Counted from the stretch's first letter, positions 46,725-58,900 are shown. The stretch: 64,000 bases of DNA from an uncultured delta proteobacterium (GCA_963771175.1 CAVYSY010000032.1:544001-608000); one strand, 5' to 3'. Program-made: numbers and translations. Notes: generated by a model not told the origin, from the letters alone.

Positions 46725-48723
46725 ATGCAATCCTGGTTGAAGCTCGCCGGCACGTCCGTGCTGGTATTGGGTCTGTTCGGCTGTGGGGAATCCGAGGAGG
46801 GAGTGGCGGCGATGACGCTGACCCCCTCGCCTCGCTACATCGACGACACGGGCCAGAGCACCACCCTGCGCATCTCCGCCACGGACGCGGCGGGCAAGCC
46901 CGGAACGGGCGACGTGCTGCTGACGGCGGGCGCCGGTTTCCTTGGCGCTGAGAAGCAGAAGACCCTCACGGTGACGCTCGACGAGCAGGGCAAGGGCACC
47001 GCCACCTTCAACTGCCCGGTCGCCCAGGACACGGGGTGCAAGGGCTTCGTGCGCGTCGAGGGTGACTGGAACCAGACCAGCAACGGCACCAGCGTGCAGG
47101 TGGCCAGCACCACCGGCGGCACCGGCGGTGGCACCGATGCCGGCACCGGCGGCACTGGCGGGCACCGATGCTGGCACCGGCGGCACTGGCGGCGGCACCG
47201 ATGCCGGCACCGGCGGCGGCACCGTGACCGTGGGCCCGCCGGCCAACATCGTCTTCCTGCCCGCGAGCGCCAAGTCGCAGCTCGGCATCCACTCCTCCGG
47301 CCTGGAGACCGCCACCCCGCTGATGTTCGTCGTGCTGGACCTGGCGAACAACCGCGTGAAGGACGCGGAGGTCACCTTCTCGGTGACCGGCCCCGCTGGG
47401 GTGTCGCTGACGGCCCTCTTGTCCAAGACAGACGCCCAGGGTCAGGCCACCGTCCTGCTCCAGTCGGGTGACGAGGTGGGTGTGGCCACGGTGACTGCCC
47501 GGGTGACCGGCACCAATCTGTCGGTCAGCACGCCCGGCACGCCCATCATCGGTGCCCGCATCTCGGATGAGGGCCTCGTGGTGTCGTGCGACCAGATCAA
47601 CCTGGCGGCCAACGCGTCGGATACGCCGCCGCGCATCGACCTGACCACCGACTGCAATGCCAAGCTGGTGGACCGCTTCACGAACCCGGTCACGCTGCCC
47701 ACCAGCGTGACGTGGTACTCCGAGGCCGGCTCCATCCAGAGCCCGGTGACCACGGAAACCAGTGCCGCGAAAGCCGCCTTCAGCACCGCCGGCAAGTGGC
47801 CGCCCGTTCCGGTCAGCCCAATCACGTCGTTGGTGCCGGAGGAGACCGAGCCGTCCGTCGACAGCTACAACCCGCGCGACATGCTCGTCACCCTCATCGC
47901 CGTCACCTCGGGTGAGGAGGAGTTCTACGATGGCTCGGGCGTGTCCAACGGCGTGAAGAACGGCAAGTGGGATGTGGGCGAGTGGTTCGTGGACGTGCCC
48001 GAGCCCTTCGTGGACGCCAACGACAACCAGGTCTACGACCGGGGCGAGCAGTTCATCGACACCGAGCGCGTGGATTGCGCCACGGGCACGCGCCAGCCGA
48101 AGAACGGCACGTGGGACGGCCCCAACGGATGCTGGGACGGCAACGTCATGCTGTGGCGGCCGACCCACATCGTCTACAGCGGCTTCAACACCCTCGAGCC
48201 GGCCCCCCGCTGGACCCTCCTCATCGGCCCGGGCAGCACGCCGCTCCCGTCCTCATACACCGTGGCCAAGGGCAGCGCCTCGACCATCAACGTCACCGTC
48301 ACCGATGGCTACCTGAACCGCATGTCTCCGGACGTCTCGACCATCACGGCGGGCAAGGTCGGTGATCGCGGCGGGGTCGAGCTGGCCTGGGTGGATGGCC
48401 TCATCAACTCGCGGACCTACGGCTTCCAAATCATCCACGAGCGCGTCGAGGTCACGCCGGACGCCAGCCAGCCGCGCGGCTACAAGTACGTCGGCCAGTG
48501 CGATCCGAGCAAGGTGCCGCCGACGGGAGCGAGCAGCGATCCCAAGCTCGCCCGGTGCGTGCGGCAGTACAAGTTCGGCAAGTTCGGTCAGGGCAACGAG
48601 GCCACCGTCTTCCTGAAGGGCCTGCCGACGACCGATACCTCTCCCCCGCAGAGCGTTTCCGTCTTCCTGAACGCGGGCAACCCCTTCAGCACGGCGACGC
48701 ACTCCTTCACCGTCACCTTCTAG
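46725..48723 (+). CDS. Ig-like (Big_1/invasin-type) domain lipoprotein (2-nt frameshift near 47160)
   Basis: Lipobox LFGC; EVTFSV...KTDAQGQATV; EPFVDANDN...GEQFID. Confidence 0.75.
47112..47208 (+). repeat. Three 33-nt tandem repeats encoding TGGTGGGTDAG; middle copy lacks 2 nt
   Basis: accggcggcac(c/t)ggcgg(t/c)ggcaccgatgc(c/t)ggc x3. Confidence 0.85.
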
Positions 48724-48750
48724 CAGTCGGCGGACCCACCGCCTGAAACA

Positions 48751-48795
48751 CGACGGCCACCGCGCTCCACTCCGGAGCCGGTGGCCGTTGTCTTT
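48751..48795. terminator. Terminator hairpin between convergent genes
   Basis: ACGGCCACCG...CGGTGGCCGT followed by TGTCTTT. Confidence 0.6.
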
Positions 48796-48839
48796 GGCAC
48801 CCAGGCCCGGGAGCGCGAGGCCCCCGGGCCCGCCGCCAC

Positions 48840-49496
48840 TCAGGGCTTCACGGCCTTGGGCACCTTCTCCCAGTCGGCCAGGAACTTCTTGATGCCGGCG
48901 TCGGTGAGCGGGTGGTTGGCGAGCTGGGCGATGACGCTGTAGGGGATGGTGGCCACGTCCGCGCCCATGCGCGCCGCCTGCAGCACGTGCACCGGGTTGC
49001 GCACGCTCGCCACCAGCACCTGCGTGGCGAAGTCGTAGTTCTGGTAGATCTCGATGATGTGGGCGATGAGCTCCATCCCGTCCTGGGAGATGTCGTCCAG
49101 GCGGCCCACGAAGGGCGAGATGTAGGTGGCGCCCGCCTTGGCGGCCAGCAGCGCCTGGTTGGCGGAGAAGCACAGCGTCACGTTGGTGCGGATGCCCTCG
49201 GCGGTGAGCGCCTTGACGGCCTTCATGCCCTCCACGCCCATGGGAACCTTCACGACGACGTTGTCGTGAATCTTGGCGAGCTGGCGGCCCTCCTTGATGA
49301 GCTCGGGGGCCTCCAGGGAGACGCACTCGGCGCTCACGGGGCCATCCACGATGGAGCAGATCTCCCGGATGGTCTCCTCCAGCCCGCGGCCCACCTTGGC
49401 CAGCAGCGACGGGTTGGTGGTGACGCCGTCCAGCACGCCCATCGCATGGGCCTTGCGGATCTCCTCCACGTCGGCGGTATCGATGAAGAACTTCAT
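48840..49496 (-). CDS. fsa: Transaldolase / fructose-6-phosphate aldolase family
   Basis: [40 protein letters not shown]. Confidence 0.93.
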   Translation of the reverse strand: MKFFIDTADVEEIRKAHAMGVLDGVTTNPSLLAKVGRGLEETIREICSIVDGPVSAECVSLEAPELIKEGRQLAKIHDNVVVKVPMGVEGMKAVKALTAEGIRTNVTLCFSANQALLAAKAGATYISPFVGRLDDISQDGMELIAHIIEIYQNYDFATQVLVASVRNPVHVLQAARMGADVATIPYSVIAQLANHPLTDAGIKKFLADWEKVPKAVKP

Positions 49497-49665
49497 CTCG
49501 TCCCCTCTCCAGGTTCAGGTGAGGCTGTTAAGCCTGTAAGCGAAAACCGGTGGGTGCAGAGCTGGGCTCCAGTCCGCCCGCCGGGCGAGCAGGCGCGTAG
49601 CCGATGCCCCCCGGTGCGTCAAGCTGGCAGGCCCGGCCAGCCCGGGGGTACAAGGGCGCCTCACC

Positions 49666-50739
49666 ATGGCCCGAGCCCCCCGAAACGCCGCCCGGAAGCC
49701 CCGCCTCCGAGCCCTCCCCGGTCAAGCCACTCCCGCCCCGGAGCCCGCCCCCCGGGCCTCCCACGACGAGCGCGAGGCCACGCTCGCCTACGCCCGCGGC
49801 GTGCTCGAGGCCGAGGCCCACGCCATCCTCGGGCTGACCGAGCGGCTGGGCGACTCCTTCCTGCGCGCGCTCACCCTGGTGCGCGACTGCCCGGGCCAGA
49901 CGGTGGTCACGGGCATGGGCAAGGCGGGCCTCATCGGCCAGAAGCTGTCGGCCACCCTGGCCTCCACCGGCATCCGCTCCGTCTTCCTCCACCCCGCCGA
50001 GGCCGTGCACGGAGACCTGGGCCGCGTGGCTCGGGGCGACGTCATCCTCGCCCTGTCCAACAGCGGCTCCACCGAGGAGCTGGTGCGGCTGCTGCCCTCC
50101 TTCAAGCGGCTGGGCGCCCCCGTCGTCGCGATGACGGGAGACCCGGAGAGCCCCCTGGCCCGCGGCGCGGACGTGGTGCTGGACATCGGCCGGATTGAAG
50201 AGGCCTGCCCCATGGGCCTGGTGCCCACCGCCTCCACCGCGGCCCTGCACGCCATCGGCGACGCGCTCGCCATGGCCGTGCTGCGCGCCCGCCCCTTCGG
50301 CTCGGCCGAGTACGCCCTGCTGCACCCCGGCGGGAAGATTGGCCGCTCCGTCATGCGCGTCTTCGAGCTGATGCGCTCCGGCCCCGCCAACCCCGTCGTG
50401 CGCGACACCGCGAAGCTCTCCGAGGCCGTGGTGGTGATGACCAACACCCCGGGCCGTCCGGGCGCCACCAACGTCGTGGACCGCCAGGGGCGGCTCGTGG
50501 GCATCTTCACGGACGGAGACCTGCGCCGGCTCGTCGAGCAGGGGCGGACGGACTTCGACCAGCCCATCCGCGCGGTGATGGGCAAGCGGCCCCGCTGCGT
50601 GGGCCCCGAGGTGCTGGTGCTCCAGGCCACCAAGCTCATGCGCGAGTTCCGCGTGGACCAGCTCCCCGTCGTGGACGCGGAGGGCAAGGCCGTGGGCCTG
50701 CTCGACGTGCAGGACCTGCTGGCCGCGCGCTACTTCTAG
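49666..50739 (+). CDS. kdsD: KpsF/GutQ arabinose-5-phosphate isomerase
   Basis: TGMGKAG, HPAEAVHGDLG, SNSG, HPGG, two CBS domains. Confidence 0.92.
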   Translation: MARAPRNAARKPRLRALPGQATPAPEPAPRASHDEREATLAYARGVLEAEAHAILGLTERLGDSFLRALTLVRDCPGQTVVTGMGKAGLIGQKLSATLASTGIRSVFLHPAEAVHGDLGRVARGDVILALSNSGSTEELVRLLPSFKRLGAPVVAMTGDPESPLARGADVVLDIGRIEEACPMGLVPTASTAALHAIGDALAMAVLRARPFGSAEYALLHPGGKIGRSVMRVFELMRSGPANPVVRDTAKLSEAVVVMTNTPGRPGATNVVDRQGRLVGIFTDGDLRRLVEQGRTDFDQPIRAVMGKRPRCVGPEVLVLQATKLMREFRVDQLPVVDAEGKAVGLLDVQDLLAARYF

Positions 50740-50824
50740 GACCCGACATGCCTCCGTGAGTCGTTTGGCTGGAGGTGACTCCCAACGTCAACTATCCTGA
50801 CGCGGGAGCACCATCGGAGGCGAC

Positions 50825-52516
50825 ATGCGCGAGAACGGAAGCACGGGAGGGGAACCCTGGGGGCCGCACTGGCTGTTGCCCCCCGGGACGCGGGTGGCGG
50901 GCTTCACCGTGGAAGGGCTGCTGGCGTCCGGGAGCTTCGGCACCGTCTACCGGGCGAGGCGGGACGGGCGAGCCTTCGCGATCAAGCTGGTGCCCTGGGA
51001 GCCACGAGGCGACCGAGAGGTGGACGCCCTGCGCCGGGTGCGGCACCCGAACGTGGTGGGCTTCCATGGCTACGGCCTCTGGCCGGACGACGCGCCCCGC
51101 TTCCTGGTGCTGGCGCTGGAGCTCGTCGAGGGACGCACGCTGGAGGTGTGGGTGCTGGAGGAGAACCCCTCCGCGCTCGAGCTGGTGAGCCAGGTACTGC
51201 GGCCGCTCGCGAGCACCCTGGTGGCAGTGCATGCCGAGGGCGTGGCACACCGGGACGTGAAGGAAACCAACGTCATCATGCGCGAGGCGGACGGGCAGCC
51301 GGTGCTGGTGGACTTCGGCGCGGCGGGGTACGAGGGCGCGCCGCGCCTGACGATGCGACTGCCACCGGGCACCCCGGAGTACCGCAGCCCCGAGGCGCTG
51401 CGCTTCGCTCGTGAATGGGAGGGCGAGCCCTACCCGTCCCGGCCCGGAGACGACCTGTGGGCACTGGGCGTCACCACCTACTGGCTGCTGACGCGCACAC
51501 TTCCCTTCGGTGACCGGAACGACCTGGGACTGGTGCAAGCCATCCTCCAGCGGACCCCCGAGGCTCCGCACGAGCGCAACCCGCGAGTGCCTCGGGCCCT
51601 GGGCGAGCTGTGCCTGCGCATGTTGGAGAAGGCCCCCGAGGCCCGGTACGCGGACGCCCAGGCGCTCGCGAAGGCCCTGGAGGAATTGGAGTCCCTGGCG
51701 GATGACTCCTGGCATGCGCCGCTCTTCCCGGGGGACAGGAAGAAGAAGAACCCTGTTCCCGCCCCTCACGCGGGAACGAAGTGGTGGCCCTGGGTTGCCA
51801 TCGCTGGAGTGGTGGTGGGACTGCTCCTCCTGCCCGCGGCTCCGCGGCACGCGCCGGTCGAGGACGCACCGGCCACCCCACGCGATGCGTCCCCCGCGCC
51901 GCCCCCGCCGCGACAGGCCAGCACTGGCCAGGAAATGGCGCCGGCCGGGCCAACGGCAGAAGTTGTGTCCGGCGCGGAACCCGAGAGGTCACCCACCCCC
52001 GCGCCCGTCGCCCGCGCGACGCACAGCGAGGAAGTCCCGATGCTCAAGTCCAAGAAGATCCGTTCCATGGCCGCCGCCGGTGCCGTCTGCGTGGGCGCCG
52101 CGTGCGCGAGTGGTCCGCAGCAGCGCCCGCCCCCGGTTCCGGAGAACTGCCCAACCGGTGCGTGGGAAGCGCAATGGGAGATAGGCATCCGCCCGTTCGA
52201 GGCGCGACTCGCCTACTTCTCGCCCACAGAGAAATCCGCGGTCGTCCAGGTGCAAGAGGGAGACGTCACCGTCTGGATCGCCGACTCCGGTGACTTCCCG
52301 GACGACATTCGCATGTCCGGGCGCATCTACTTCGACCAGGGCCGTATCCATGGCCGCTTCACCCAGGCTTTGTACCCGACCGGGGAGGTGATTCCCGTGT
52401 GCTTTCAGCTCATGGGCCTGGCCGGCACTGAGATGGAGCCTGGCAGCACGTCGGACAAGGTCCTCATGAGATCGCCCGTCGAACTCATCGCCGTGACTGG
52501 TTTCAGCACCAGATAG
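50825..52516 (+). CDS. Ser/Thr protein kinase with TM segment and C-terminal extracytoplasmic domain
   Basis: GSFGTVY, AIK, HRDVKETN, VDFG, GTPEYRSPE, DLWALG. Confidence 0.92.
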   Translation: MRENGSTGGEPWGPHWLLPPGTRVAGFTVEGLLASGSFGTVYRARRDGRAFAIKLVPWEPRGDREVDALRRVRHPNVVGFHGYGLWPDDAPRFLVLALELVEGRTLEVWVLEENPSALELVSQVLRPLASTLVAVHAEGVAHRDVKETNVIMREADGQPVLVDFGAAGYEGAPRLTMRLPPGTPEYRSPEALRFAREWEGEPYPSRPGDDLWALGVTTYWLLTRTLPFGDRNDLGLVQAILQRTPEAPHERNPRVPRALGELCLRMLEKAPEARYADAQALAKALEELESLADDSWHAPLFPGDRKKKNPVPAPHAGTKWWPWVAIAGVVVGLLLLPAAPRHAPVEDAPATPRDASPAPPPPRQASTGQEMAPAGPTAEVVSGAEPERSPTPAPVARATHSEEVPMLKSKKIRSMAAAGAVCVGAACASGPQQRPPPVPENCPTGAWEAQWEIGIRPFEARLAYFSPTEKSAVVQVQEGDVTVWIADSGDFPDDIRMSGRIYFDQGRIHGRFTQALYPTGEVIPVCFQLMGLAGTEMEPGSTSDKVLMRSPVELIAVTGFSTR

Positions 52517-52539
52517 GCCCGTTCTGAAGGCTGCTCCCC

Positions 52540-53478
52540 ATGCTCCCAGCATCCCCGCAATCCGTGCTGATCTTCGTCCTTCTTCAAGGCGCCCCCGTCT
52601 CGCAGCCCCCCGTGGATGCGCCTTGCGAGGACATACGGCGTATCGAGTTGTCGTTACAACCCACGGCGGCAACCCGCGAGGTCTGCGTCAGCCCAGGGTT
52701 CGTGACGAGCTTTCTGTTCGATACACGCGCTGAAGTAGACATCCAAGAGGAGGTGCGCTTCGTGGAGGTGATGCGAGGGCGCGGCGGCATCGGTCTCGTT
52801 CCTCCACGGGACATGGCTCCTGGAGAGCGCCTCCGGGTCACGGTTCGCTTCGGAGACGACGCTCCCCAGGAGAGCGTCACCTTCGTCCTGGTGGCCTACT
52901 CGGAGCAGGCCACGCGCCAGGTGGAGGTGTATCGTGACCAGCGCCCACGAGAGACCTACCAGCACGAGATAGCCCAGGAGCGCACGAAGGTCCGGCAACT
53001 ACTCTCGGACCTCCATCAACTGCGGTCACAAGTCGAGCAGGCCAACGACTTCCGAGGTCTCGTCTTCGGTAGGATGCTGATGCTGCCGGGCATCCTCAAA
53101 CAGAATATTCCAGCGACGCTGGTGGACCACTCAGAAAGCGACCTCACCGTCAAGTCCGGCACCAGCTATCGGTCCGACAAGAGCGTGGCTGTGCAATTGA
53201 GGCTGGAGAACCTGAGCGAGGAGCCGTGGACGGTGGTGGAGGCGGCTCTCACGGTCAATGGCGAGCCGCAGAAGGGGCTCATTTGGGTGGCGGAGAACAT
53301 TCCTCACAACAAGACAGGCCAGGTCATGGTGGAGGTTGACGCCCAACGGGACAAACTCCAAGGCAGCGCCACGCTGACCCTGCGGGGGAAGGACTCTCGC
53401 GTCATCACCCTTTCAGGGATCACGTTCCCGGAGGACGTCGCTCCGACGACGAAGGCCCCACAGGACTTGCCCCGGTAA
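52540..53478 (+). CDS. DUF2381 family protein
   Basis: VCVSPG..TSFLFD, PGERLRVTVRFGD, ATRQVEVYR; typical partner of myxobacterial kinases. Confidence 0.85.
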   Translation: MLPASPQSVLIFVLLQGAPVSQPPVDAPCEDIRRIELSLQPTAATREVCVSPGFVTSFLFDTRAEVDIQEEVRFVEVMRGRGGIGLVPPRDMAPGERLRVTVRFGDDAPQESVTFVLVAYSEQATRQVEVYRDQRPRETYQHEIAQERTKVRQLLSDLHQLRSQVEQANDFRGLVFGRMLMLPGILKQNIPATLVDHSESDLTVKSGTSYRSDKSVAVQLRLENLSEEPWTVVEAALTVNGEPQKGLIWVAENIPHNKTGQVMVEVDAQRDKLQGSATLTLRGKDSRVITLSGITFPEDVAPTTKAPQDLPR

Positions 53479-53487
53479 CGAGTCGCG

Positions 53488-54236
53488 TTACTCGCCGGCC
53501 GGCGCGGGTTCGGGAATCTCGATGAGGCCCGCCCGGTCCAGCAGCTCGCGCACGCGCGTGGTGAAAGCCACGTGCTCGGGGTTGCTGGCCGTCATGGGCT
53601 CGGGGGAGAGCACGAGGAGCCAGCCCAGCGTGCCCACCGGCTCGATGCGCACGGGCGCGGGCAGTGGCGGCAGCTTGCCCCGCCGGCGCGACAGGTACGT
53701 CAGCCAGCCCACCCGCACCTCGAACCTGCCCTTCTCCACGAGGTCCACCATCTCGGCGGAGGTGGCCATGGCGAAGTCGGGGTCCCACGCCGTGGCCATG
53801 CTGGTGAGCACTTCGGCTCATCAGGACGGCGTCGCGCACCAGCCGCTCCCATACCGCGCCTCTCCCCGGTAGGGTTGGAGCAGGCACGAATTGGGCCCCC
53901 CCAGGGGAGTATTTGCCACAGGAGAAGTGGATGATGGATGGCCTCCTTCTTCGCGTTCCACACCCTCTGGCGGAAGCCCATGTCTTCGATGACTTCCTTG
54001 TCGACATCCGTGCGGTGCCTGCCCTTCAGGAAGAACTCCTCCAGCTCCTTCACCTCCGGGCGGACAGGCTGGCCCGGCAGCTCGCGGGGGAAGCCACGGC
54101 CCGCCCGGTACCACTGGGCGAACGACGGGTCACACCGCGCCAGCATGTGGAAGAAGAGCTCCGCGCGCCGGGCACACTCCAGCGCCGTCTCCTTCCGCGG
54201 ACCCCAGTACGCCCCCACGTAGTACCTCTCCTGCAT
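53488..54236 (-). CDS. Imm52 family immunity protein (frameshifts near 53935 and 53815)
   Basis: YYVGAYWGPRKE...CARRA, AWDPD, VGWLTY, PVGTLG, FT/MTASNPEH pattern; directly downstream of toxin. Confidence 0.8.
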
Positions 54237-54249
54237 GCGTGCTCCTCCC

Positions 54250-55813
54250 CTACCGCGCTGGTCGCGTATGGCGGACGGTGATGTTGGTCCATCCTTCTCT
54301 CTCGAAGATTTCGCGAAGGAACTCCGCGACCTTGGCATCGGCGACATGCCAGGTCAGCGGCAGTCCCAACCGCGCGAGCCAGCTTCGATTGCTTCTCGGC
54401 TTGCTTCATCATCTCGTCGAACTTGCCGGAATTCTCGTACCAGTACTTGGGCGTGCCATCCGCGTTGAAGAAGGAGCAGTAGCCGGGGCCCTTGGCCTCC
54501 AGCAGTTCCTTGCCCCTGATGCCGTCGAACTCCACCTTCCCAATCATGTACACCCACCACGCGGGCCGCCCCGTCACCTGCTCCTGGTAGTCCAGGGAGT
54601 CCTTTGAATCGGTGGTGGGCTTCTTGTACGTCCACCTGCCGGGCCCCTGCGTCGCAGCCGTCTGGGTGGACTTCCCCGCCTTGCCGCTCCCGCCGCCAGT
54701 GTTTCCCGGGCCGCTGCTGGCCATGTGGAGGATGGAGAGCGCTCCCAGGTCCATGCCCACGGTGGCTGTCGTCGTGCCCCCCGCCACCACGACTCCGCCC
54801 AGCACCATCTCGCCCTCGGCCGTGAGCGACAGCACCGGCAGCTCCGCCCCGAGCCCGCCCAGGCGACCCACCGTGGCCTCCGCCCCCCCGAGCATCATGA
54901 TGATGTGCGTGGACAGGCGCGCCGCCTCGCGTATCTGGTCCTCTCGGGACATGGCGCCGTAGCGCGCGAAGTATTCGGGCGAGGAAGCAATGAGGAGCGC
55001 CACCGTGGTGGGCAGTTGCGCAAGCTCCTCGACGGTGCGGATGGGGTGGAGGATGGACTGGGCCAGCGCCACCGCCATCTCCCCCATGGCCAGCTCGGCC
55101 CCGTCGAGCGCGGCGTTGAGCGGGTCCCTCCCCAGACCCAGCTCCGCCAGGGGCGGGCTGTCCGCGCGACGCAGGGCCTCGGTGACCGGGTAGAAGACGC
55201 CACCGCGCGAGAAGTAGAAGGCACCCACCCGAAGCCGGCCCACCTTCCACTCGCCCTCCACCAGCTCGAGCGGACCCATGCGCTGAATGGGGGTGCCGGT
55301 GAGCGCGGCCACCAGGTAGCCGTCCGGACGCACCAGCACCAGCAGCCAGAAGCGCTCGGCACGCCACTTCAAATCGGCGTACTCCACCCGCTCGCCGCCT
55401 TCGAGCACCTCGCGCAGCAGCCACGACAGCACCCGGTGCGGGGCGAAGCTCCTCTGCGTCACGGGCGTCTTCGCCAGCCGGCCCAGCAGTTGGCGCGCTT
55501 GTTCCACGTAGAGCGCCGCGCCCGCCGGGTGCCGCGCCTCTTCCTCCAGGCCGCTCGCCTCCTGCACCACCTGGAAGGCATCCGCCATCTGCTCGGGGAA
55601 ACCACCCCCGCCTCCCTCCGCCTCCACTGGCGCGGGAGTGACTGCCACTTGTCGAGGGCCGGAGCTGTCACGCGACGAAGCGGGCCGCGAGTGGAGGCCG
55701 AAGCCGCTCACCAGACTCCCGCGCGGATGGCCCGTGGCGCACCCTTCGAGGAGCACGAGCGCGACCAGGGCCAGGAGGACCAGGCCGCGCGAGCCAACAA
55801 GACGAGTGGACAT
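54250..55813 (-). CDS. Lipoprotein polymorphic toxin with C-terminal Tox-REase-5 domain (frameshift near 54372)
   Basis: Lipobox LLEGC; YQEQVTG, VEFDG, LLEAKGPGY, QA..Q, WHVA. Confidence 0.82.
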
Positions 55814-55952
55814 GCTGCATCTCCCCCCAGCCTCATGGGCTGAAAACCGACCCCCACGAGTCTCCGGGAAATGCAACCGGCCATGTCAATGAATGCGTGC
55901 GGCATTGGCTCCGCCGCCTGGAGCCTCACGACGGCGGAGCTCCCTCCGGCCT

Positions 55953-58900
55953 CTACCCGCCGAAGACGTCGGCGAGGTAGCGCTGCTGATGCTCCAGCTC
56001 GCGCAGCCAGGCGGCGGCCTCCTCCGCTGTGCAGCCGGTCCGCTCCTGGTGGATACGGGCCACGGTCTCGCGCACCGCGGGCGCCATGTAGCGGCCGTCT
56101 CCGCAGACGTAGAGGCGCGCCCCCGCGTCGAGCAGTGCCCCCACCCGCTCCCGCTCCGCCCACAACCGGTGCTGCACGAACGTCACGCCCTCGCGCTCCT
56201 GCCGGAAGAAGGCCGGGAACACCTCCACCACTCCCCGGGCTTGCCACGCCTCCAGCTCCTCGCGGTAGAGGAAGTCCACATCGGGGTGGTCGCACCCGAA
56301 GAACAACAGGGCCTTTCCGAGCGACGTGCCCCGCTCGGCCAGCCCGGCCCGCTCCTGGATGAACCCACGGAAGGGCGCGAGCCCCGTGCCCGCGCCAATC
56401 ATCACGACGGGGACGCTGGGGTCCTCGGGCGGCCGGAACGGGGAGTGCGGCTCCCGGATGACGGCCGGAATCCGCGTGCCCGGCTCGACGCGCGCGAGGT
56501 AGTTGGAGCACGTGCCCCGGTAGCGGCCCCGCCCCGACAACGCCGGCGCATCGAGGACCGCGACGGTGATGGAACAACGCTCCGGCGTCTCCAGCGGCGA
56601 GGAGGAGATGGAGTAGCGGCGCGGCTTCATCGGAGGCAGCAGCTCCAGGAACACCCCGAACGGGAGCTCGCAGGCGGGGAAGTCCTCCAGCAGGTCGAGC
56701 ACGCTCACCCGCTTGTCGAGCACCTGCTTCCGGTACTCCTCCGGGTCCGCACCGCCCTCGCCCGCCAGCGCGAGCAGCCGCTTCTTCTCGGGCGGGCACG
56801 CGGTGTACTTCGCCAGCAACTGGAGGTCTCTCCTCGTGGCGGGCGCCGACAGCTCCACGTAGAAGCCGAGAAGCGCGCGCACCATCACGGGACTGTCGAG
56901 CGGCAGCGTGCTCTGATCCTCCCGCGTGCGCCGGATGAGCACCGTCTCCGCCGGGTCCAGCTTGAAGCGCCGTGCCGCCCGCTCCACCTGCTCGGGCGCG
57001 TTCTCGGGGAGCACCGCGAGGTGGTCTCCCGTCCGGTACGACATCCCCTCGGGCAGCCGCACCTCGAGGTGACGCTTCGAGCGGCCGAAGGGGGACGTCA
57101 CGTCCACGAGCTCGCGGTTGGCCACCACCTCCACCGGCACCACGCCATGGGCGGTCTCCAGCGGATCCACCGTCTTGTCGAGCCGCTCCACCTCGTAGCG
57201 AGGCGCCTGGCTCGTCTCCGCCGTCTCCACCCCGAACGCCTCGCCCAGCGTGGGCCACACGCCCTGGTACCAGCCGTCGAAGTCACCGAAGAAGTCGGCG
57301 CGCGCGTCCGCCTCGCCCCGGGTGAGCATCCGCTGCGCACCCGCGGCGGCCAGACGCTCGTCCACGCGCTTCGGTACGGACTGCCACGTCGCGGCCCAGT
57401 CCCGGTTGCCGCAGCCGAACACCGCGTAGCTCACGCCCTCGAGCGCTCCGGGCTGGAGCTCCTCCAGCCACTGGCAGAACGCCTTCGCGTTGTCCGGCGG
57501 GTGGCCGTTGTAGGAGGCCGTCACGATGATGACGGCGCCCTCCCGAGGCAGGCGCCCGACGTAGGAGTCCATCGTCGCGACGGTGGGCGCGTAGCCCTGC
57601 ACCCCCGCGTCACTCGCGATGCGCTGGGCGAAGGCCTCCGACGAGCCCATGTTCGAGCCGTACAGCACGAGCAGGGGTGTGCCGTGCCGCGCCACGGGGC
57701 CGGAGGTCCAGGTCGGCTTCGCCGGGGCAGCCGGGGTGGCCGGCCGCAGGTCCACCACCGTCCGCTCGCCGTCGCCGCGCGGACGCACGCGCATCCGGAA
57801 GTCCTCCGGCTTGAGCGTCAGCGTCTCCTTGATGCGAAGCTGGTACCGGGTGTGGTCGATGAGTTGGAAGCGCTGCAGCAGCATGGCGAGCACCAGCGTC
57901 GCCTCCTGCATGGCGAACTGGCGGCCGATGCACGCGCGCTGCCCGTTACCGAAGGGCTTCCACGCGTTGGGCGGACGCGCCGCGACGGCCTCGGGGGTGA
58001 ACCGGTCCGGGTCGAAGCGCTCCGGCTCCGGCCAGACCTCCGGGTCCCGGTGCAGCATCGGCGTGAGGACCATGAGCGGCTCGCCCTTTCGCAGCGGCCA
58101 GGTGCCACCCAGAACCGTGTCCTCGCGCGGACGAAGGGTGAAGGCGGGCGCCGTGGGCCACAGGCGCAAGCTCTCCCGGAGCACCTGCTCCAGGTAGGGG
58201 AGCTGGTGCATCTGCTCGAAGGTGGGGCGCCGCGACGGGTCCCTCCCGAGCACCCGGTCCACCTCGGCGGTGGCGCGCGCGAGCACGTCGGGGTGCTTGA
58301 GGAGGTGGTAGAGCGTGAAGGACAGCAGCCCGCTCGTCGTCTCGTGGCCGGCGATGAGGAACGTCACCACCTGGTTGCGGATGTTGAGGTCGTCGAGCCC
58401 CTGGCCGCTCACCGGGTCCACCCCCTGGAGCATGAGGCTGAGCAGATCCTTGCGCGCGGTGGCATCCCCGGAGCGGCGGCGCTCGCGGATGACCTGATCC
58501 ACCACCTCGTGCATGTACACGATGTCGCGCTGGTACTGCTGCCGCGTCATCAGCATCAGCCGCGTCTGCAGGGGCAGCCGCCGGGTGCGATCTCCCGCCT
58601 CGGCGAGTCCACGCACCATGGCATCCACGAAGGGGTGCATCTCGCGCTGGTAGAAGCTGTTGAAGCGGTAGCCGAACCCGCAGAGCGCGATGGTGTCGAG
58701 CGTCAGCCGCGTCATGTTGTCGGGCACGTCGAGGTCCGCCTCGGGACCGAGCCGCTCCCACTTCTCCATGAGCTGCTCGGCGATATCGAGCATCAGGTCG
58801 AAGTAGCCGCGCATCGCCTGGGCTCCGAAGGCGGGCAGCAGGATGCGGTGCGCGCGCTCCCAGTTGGGTTCCTCGGTGTGCGCGGTGAAGAGCCCGTCCC

